Source of the DNA: an uncultured delta proteobacterium
Lineage (GTDB): Bacteria > Myxococcota_A > Polyangia > Fen-1088
Length of the DNA stretch: 64,000 nt
Direction of reading: 5' to 3'
Assembly (NCBI GenBank): GCA_963767925.1
Contig: CAVYGB010000010.1
Location: 1,152,001 to 1,216,000 of the forward strand
Part shown: positions 61,539-64,000 of the stretch, piece by piece
How the letters are laid out: each line of letters opens with the position of its first letter
Position numbering within the stretch: position 1 is the first letter of the stretch
The notes under the pieces: generated by a model
Told to the model about the DNA's origin: nothing
The model's input: only the letters and a program-made list of their open reading frames with translations
Database searches by the model: none
Translations under genes and position numbers: made by a program

Positions 61539-63415
61539 GGCTCAGGACCAAGCTTGTCATCGCCCAGATCCCGCTGGCGCTGGCCCTGGCGGCCACGGGG
61601 CTGTTCTCGGGGTTCCTCACCAACCGGCTGGGCGACGCCGCCCACCGCATCCTCGCCGACAACCACCGCAGCGTCCTCTCGGCCCAGCGGATGAAGGCCC
61701 TGCTCGACCGGACCGACCGCCTCGGCCAGGCGGCGCTGGCCGCGGGCGCGCCGGCCCTGCCGCCGGAGGTGGCCACCCTCCGCGCGGGGTTCGAGCGAGC
61801 GCTGCGGGCGCAGGAGGGGAACATCACCGAGCCGGGGGAGCGGGAGGCCACCGCCCGCCTGCGCGCCCGCTGGGACGCCCACCGGGCCGCCCTCGACCGC
61901 TACCCGTCCCTGGCCGCCGGCGCGGATCCGCCCGCTGCCTATTTGCGCCTGCTGGCCGCGCCGAGCGACGCCGTGAAGGACAGCGCCGAGGAGATCCTGG
62001 CCATCAACCAGGACGCGATGGTGCGCAAGGGCGAGCGGGCCCAGCGTCGGGCCGAGGAGTTCCAGGTCTTGCTGCTGCTGGCGGTCCTGCTGGCCGCCCT
62101 GCTGGGGCTGCTGGCCTCGATCGGGCTGACCAGCCGGACCCTGCGGCCGGTCGGGATCGTGGCGGCGGCGGTGCGGCGCTTCGGCCAGGGGGATCTGGCG
62201 GCCCGGGCCCGGGTGGGCGGCGGCGATGAGATCGCCCAGCTCGCGGGCGAGTTCAACACCATGGCCGACCGGCTCGAGCGCTACCGGCGCAGCTCGCTGG
62301 GCGAGCTGCTGCAAGCCCAGCAGGCGGCCCAGGCCGCCATCGACGGGCTACCCGACCCGGTGGTGCTGCTGGAGGCGAGCGGCAAGCTGCTGGGGGTGAA
62401 CACCGCCGCCGTCACCGTGCTGGGGATCGACGCCGAGCGGAGCACCGGCGATCCGCTGGCGGTCGTCGACCCCGGCATCCGGGTGGTGCTCGATCGCTTC
62501 CGGGCACACGCCGTGGGCGGCAAGGGGCCCTACCTGCCGCGGGGGTACGAGGAGGCGGTCCGCCTGACCCCGCCGGGGGGCGAGCGGATCTTCCTGCCCC
62601 GGGCCACCCCCATCTACGGCGAGTCGGGCGAGGTCACCGGGGTGGCGGTCGTCTACCAGGACATCACCCGGCTGTTTCGCTTCGACGAGCTGAAGAACAA
62701 CCTCGTGGCGACGGTGGCCCACGAGTTCCGCACCCCGCTCACGTCGCTGCGGATGGCGATCCACCTCTGCCTCGAGGAGGCGGTGGGGCCGCTCACCGCC
62801 AAGCAGACCGACCTGCTGGGCGCCGCCCGCGAGGACTGCAACCGCCTGCAGGACATCGTCGACGACCTGCTGAACCTGTCGCGCATCGAATCGGGGCGGA
62901 TCGACCTGCACCGCCGCCGCCTGACCGCCCAGGCGCTGATCGACCAGGCCCTCGACGTGCACCGCCTGGCGGCCGAGGACCACCACCTGCGCCTGCGCCC
63001 CCAGGTGGCGCCCGGCTGCCCCGAGGCCTTCGCCGATCCCGACCGGCTGCAGCTCGTGTTCAGCAACCTCATCGCCAACGCCATCCGCTATTCGCCGCCC
63101 GAGGGGGAGATCCGGGTGACCGCCCGGCCCGAGCAGCCGCCGCCCGACGACCGCCCCGACCGCCACACCCTGGATCGCCCCGGCTGGATCCGCTTCGAGG
63201 TCATCGATCAGGGCCCCGGGATCGCCCTGCAGCACCAGTCCGGCCTGTTCGAGAAGTTCTTCCGCGTCCCCGGCAGCCCCGAGGGCGGCTCCGGCCTGGG
63301 CCTCTTCATCGCCCGCGGCATCGTCCAGGCCCACGGCGGCCAGATCGGCCTGCGCAGCGAGCCCGCCCAGGGCACCACCTTCTGGTTCACCGTCCCCGCC
63401 GCCGAACAGCCGTGA
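61535..63415 (+). CDS. Sensor histidine kinase (periplasmic helical sensor, HAMP, PAS, HisKA, HATPase), KinB-like
   Basis: GTGA overlap with kdpD; NITEPGE; DEIAQLAGEFNTMA; VAHEFRTPLTS; NLIANAIRY; DQGPGI; GSGLGL. Confidence 0.92.
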   Translation: MRLRTKLVIAQIPLALALAATGLFSGFLTNRLGDAAHRILADNHRSVLSAQRMKALLDRTDRLGQAALAAGAPALPPEVATLRAGFERALRAQEGNITEPGEREATARLRARWDAHRAALDRYPSLAAGADPPAAYLRLLAAPSDAVKDSAEEILAINQDAMVRKGERAQRRAEEFQVLLLLAVLLAALLGLLASIGLTSRTLRPVGIVAAAVRRFGQGDLAARARVGGGDEIAQLAGEFNTMADRLERYRRSSLGELLQAQQAAQAAIDGLPDPVVLLEASGKLLGVNTAAVTVLGIDAERSTGDPLAVVDPGIRVVLDRFRAHAVGGKGPYLPRGYEEAVRLTPPGGERIFLPRATPIYGESGEVTGVAVVYQDITRLFRFDELKNNLVATVAHEFRTPLTSLRMAIHLCLEEAVGPLTAKQTDLLGAAREDCNRLQDIVDDLLNLSRIESGRIDLHRRRLTAQALIDQALDVHRLAAEDHHLRLRPQVAPGCPEAFADPDRLQLVFSNLIANAIRYSPPEGEIRVTARPEQPPPDDRPDRHTLDRPGWIRFEVIDQGPGIALQHQSGLFEKFFRVPGSPEGGSGLGLFIARGIVQAHGGQIGLRSEPAQGTTFWFTVPAAEQP

Positions 63416-63459
63416 ACGGCGGCCTCGGTCCCGGCGGCGGGGCCCGGACGCCCGACCTA

Positions 63460-63730
63460 CCCCTCGGATATGGGAACAGGCAAGTTGGTACGGCGGATCC
63501 TGATTCGACCCGTGAGCCACTCCGCCGGCAGCTCTTGCTGCTTTGTCCGTCAGCGAGCCTCAGAAAAACCGACTCCTGTTCACCCACATCCGCCACACCT
63601 CGAGGCCATTCAGCACCAAGAACACTATGACCGCGTGGCCGATGCGCTTGTTCCCATCGACGAAGGGGTGGTTCATCACCAACGAATAGGCGAGAGCCGC
63701 GGCCTTGGTCTCGAGGGTGGGCAAATGGGT
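63460..63730 (-). pseudogene. Fic/Doc (death-on-curing) toxin remnant
   Basis: PTLETKAAALAYSLVMNHPFVDGNKRIG; frameshifted continuation ADVGEQESVFLRLADG; N-terminus and antitoxin missing. Confidence 0.75.
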
Positions 63731-64000
63731 GCTTGGGCTGGGCGCGCTGGCGCTGTTCACGATCCAGTCGACGGCGGCCTCCGCGGCCGGAACGCGGGTC
63801 ACGGGGGCGAGCTGTCAGGCCGAGGAGCCCTCGGCGGCGGCGAGCCTGCAGCGGCGCTTTGGCGAGGTGAAGAACATCTCCAGCTCCAACCGGACGGTCA
63901 CCCTGCGACATCCCGGTCACCACCGAGGCCTCCTGCGTGGCGAACGTGTCGCTGACCTACAGCTCCCCGGTGGCCATGTTCTGCAACCCCTTCGCCACCG

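Noticed and set aside
63880..64000. Possible ORF start at the window end
   Set aside because: Too little sequence to determine frame or product

Overview
Very GC-rich bacterial chromosomal window whose gene content points to Myxococcota: PEGA/TPR proteins, Ser/Thr kinases, a myxobacterial-type sigma-70, a MYXO-CTERM-like tail, DUF4388-DnaJ-TPR, PilZ, a CsgA-like SDR and an Oar-like TonB receptor. Taxonomy is inferred from gene families only. Recognisable core genes are prs, gatCAB (heavily frameshifted, probably assembly error), a frameshifted HelD-like helicase, kdpFABC and a split KdpD/histidine kinase pair. kdpFABC and kdpD diverge across a ~9.7 kb block. That block is bounded by an identical 13-mer (TTGCAGGTTGCAG) lying near a sigma-54-type promoter on each side. 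It carries a stand-alone LigD Prim-Pol, a coupled pair of SF1 helicases (the best candidate for an undescribed system, possibly anti-phage) and an MFS/spermidine-synthase fusion. Other notable items: a bactofilin coupled to an M15 rather than M23 peptidase, an MMP-like protease with a tectonin-like tail, three copies of a ~160-170 bp palindromic MITE/REP-like element, and two tandem arrays growing from palindrome arms. No CRISPR array, rRNA, tRNA, integrase or transposase was recognised. All calls come from motif reading; no database searches were run.
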